A DNA stretch of 64,000 bases from Acidothermaceae bacterium. GTDB taxonomy: Bacteria; Actinomycetota; Actinomycetes; Acidothermales; Acidothermaceae. The notes below the pieces were generated by a model that made no database searches, was not told where the DNA came from, and worked only from the letters and a program-made list of their open reading frames with translations. The translations under genes and the position numbers were made by a program. The DNA lies in NCBI GenBank assembly GCA_036510735.1, contig DATCDK010000240.1, positions 3,113 through 67,112 of the forward strand. Direction: 5' to 3'. Position 1 is the stretch's first letter. Every line of letters starts with the position of its first letter. Below, in pieces: positions 63,932-64,000 of this stretch.

Positions 63932-64000
63932 CTACTTCGTCGGGCTCGAGAGTTCGAGCTGCCATTCACGCCAGCTTTCGACGGGTCGAAAGCCGATAGC
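63932..64000 (-). CDS. C-terminal fragment of an unknown protein (possibly GNAT acetyltransferase)
   Basis: The reverse strand reads ...AIGFRPVESWREWQLELSSPTK-stop (TAG 63932-63934). Only 22 codons are visible, and the GNAT guess rests on the ...GF.pv... C-terminal pattern. Confidence 0.3.
   Translation of the reverse strand, partial: AIGFRPVESWREWQLELSSPTK

Overview
GC-rich (about two-thirds G+C by eye), gene-dense window that looks like an Actinomycetota chromosome. Supporting markers are an RqlH-type RecQ helicase, DUF2630 and DUF2277 proteins, a DUF222-HNH protein, frequent GTG/TTG starts and many 1- or 4-nt start/stop overlaps. I saw no rRNA, tRNA, CRISPR array, IS element or prophage. 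Note that the ORF track prints GTG/TTG starts as M, and many long ORFs are wrong-frame or antisense shadows typical of high-GC DNA.

(1) 1-31.6 kb is one large supercluster for breaking down lignin-derived aromatics:
- a truncated feruloyl-CoA hydratase/lyase-like gene with a divergent MarR regulator;
- a complete protocatechuate 4,5-cleavage operon (ligK-ligU-[NAD(P) oxidoreductase]-ligJ-ligI-ligA-ligB-ligC);
- a 7-gene overlapping operon: Liv-type ABC importer, a non-canonical aldehyde dehydrogenase, and pobA;
- an aldehyde dehydrogenase / aryl-alcohol dehydrogenase pair;
- three IclR regulators;
- a 10-kb, 8-gene translationally coupled operon. It encodes a CrtI-like flavoprotein, an SDR, a split PEP-synthase-like kinase (phenylphosphate-synthase PpsA/PpsB architecture), a stand-alone BCCP, a pyruvate-carboxylase-type carboxyltransferase, a HAD phosphatase and an acetoacetyl-CoA-synthetase-like ligase.
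This last operon is the most interesting system. It fits a phosphorylate, carboxylate, dephosphorylate, CoA-activate route for aryl methyl ketones (4-hydroxyacetophenone or acetovanillone type) feeding pobA and the lig genes. It has no biotin carboxylase gene.

(2) 31.7-55 kb is mixed housekeeping: maf, dus, the RqlH helicase, two c-di-GMP enzymes, amidohydrolase, succinate-semialdehyde dehydrogenase, desaturase, cspA, two convergent MFS pumps, otsA, DUF885 and pirin.

(3) 55.3-62.4 kb is a compact five-step histidine utilisation operon (hutH-hutU-M20 amidohydrolase-hutF-hutI).

(4) 62.6-63.9 kb is a DUF222/HNH endonuclease gene.

Smaller signals include a shared TTCCA-N5-YGGAA palindrome in four promoter regions of the aromatic cluster, a MarR-type palindrome, several short tandem repeats in intergenic regions, and a mini-ORF plus hairpin upstream of hutH. 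All functional calls rest on motif and family recognition by eye. No database search was run.
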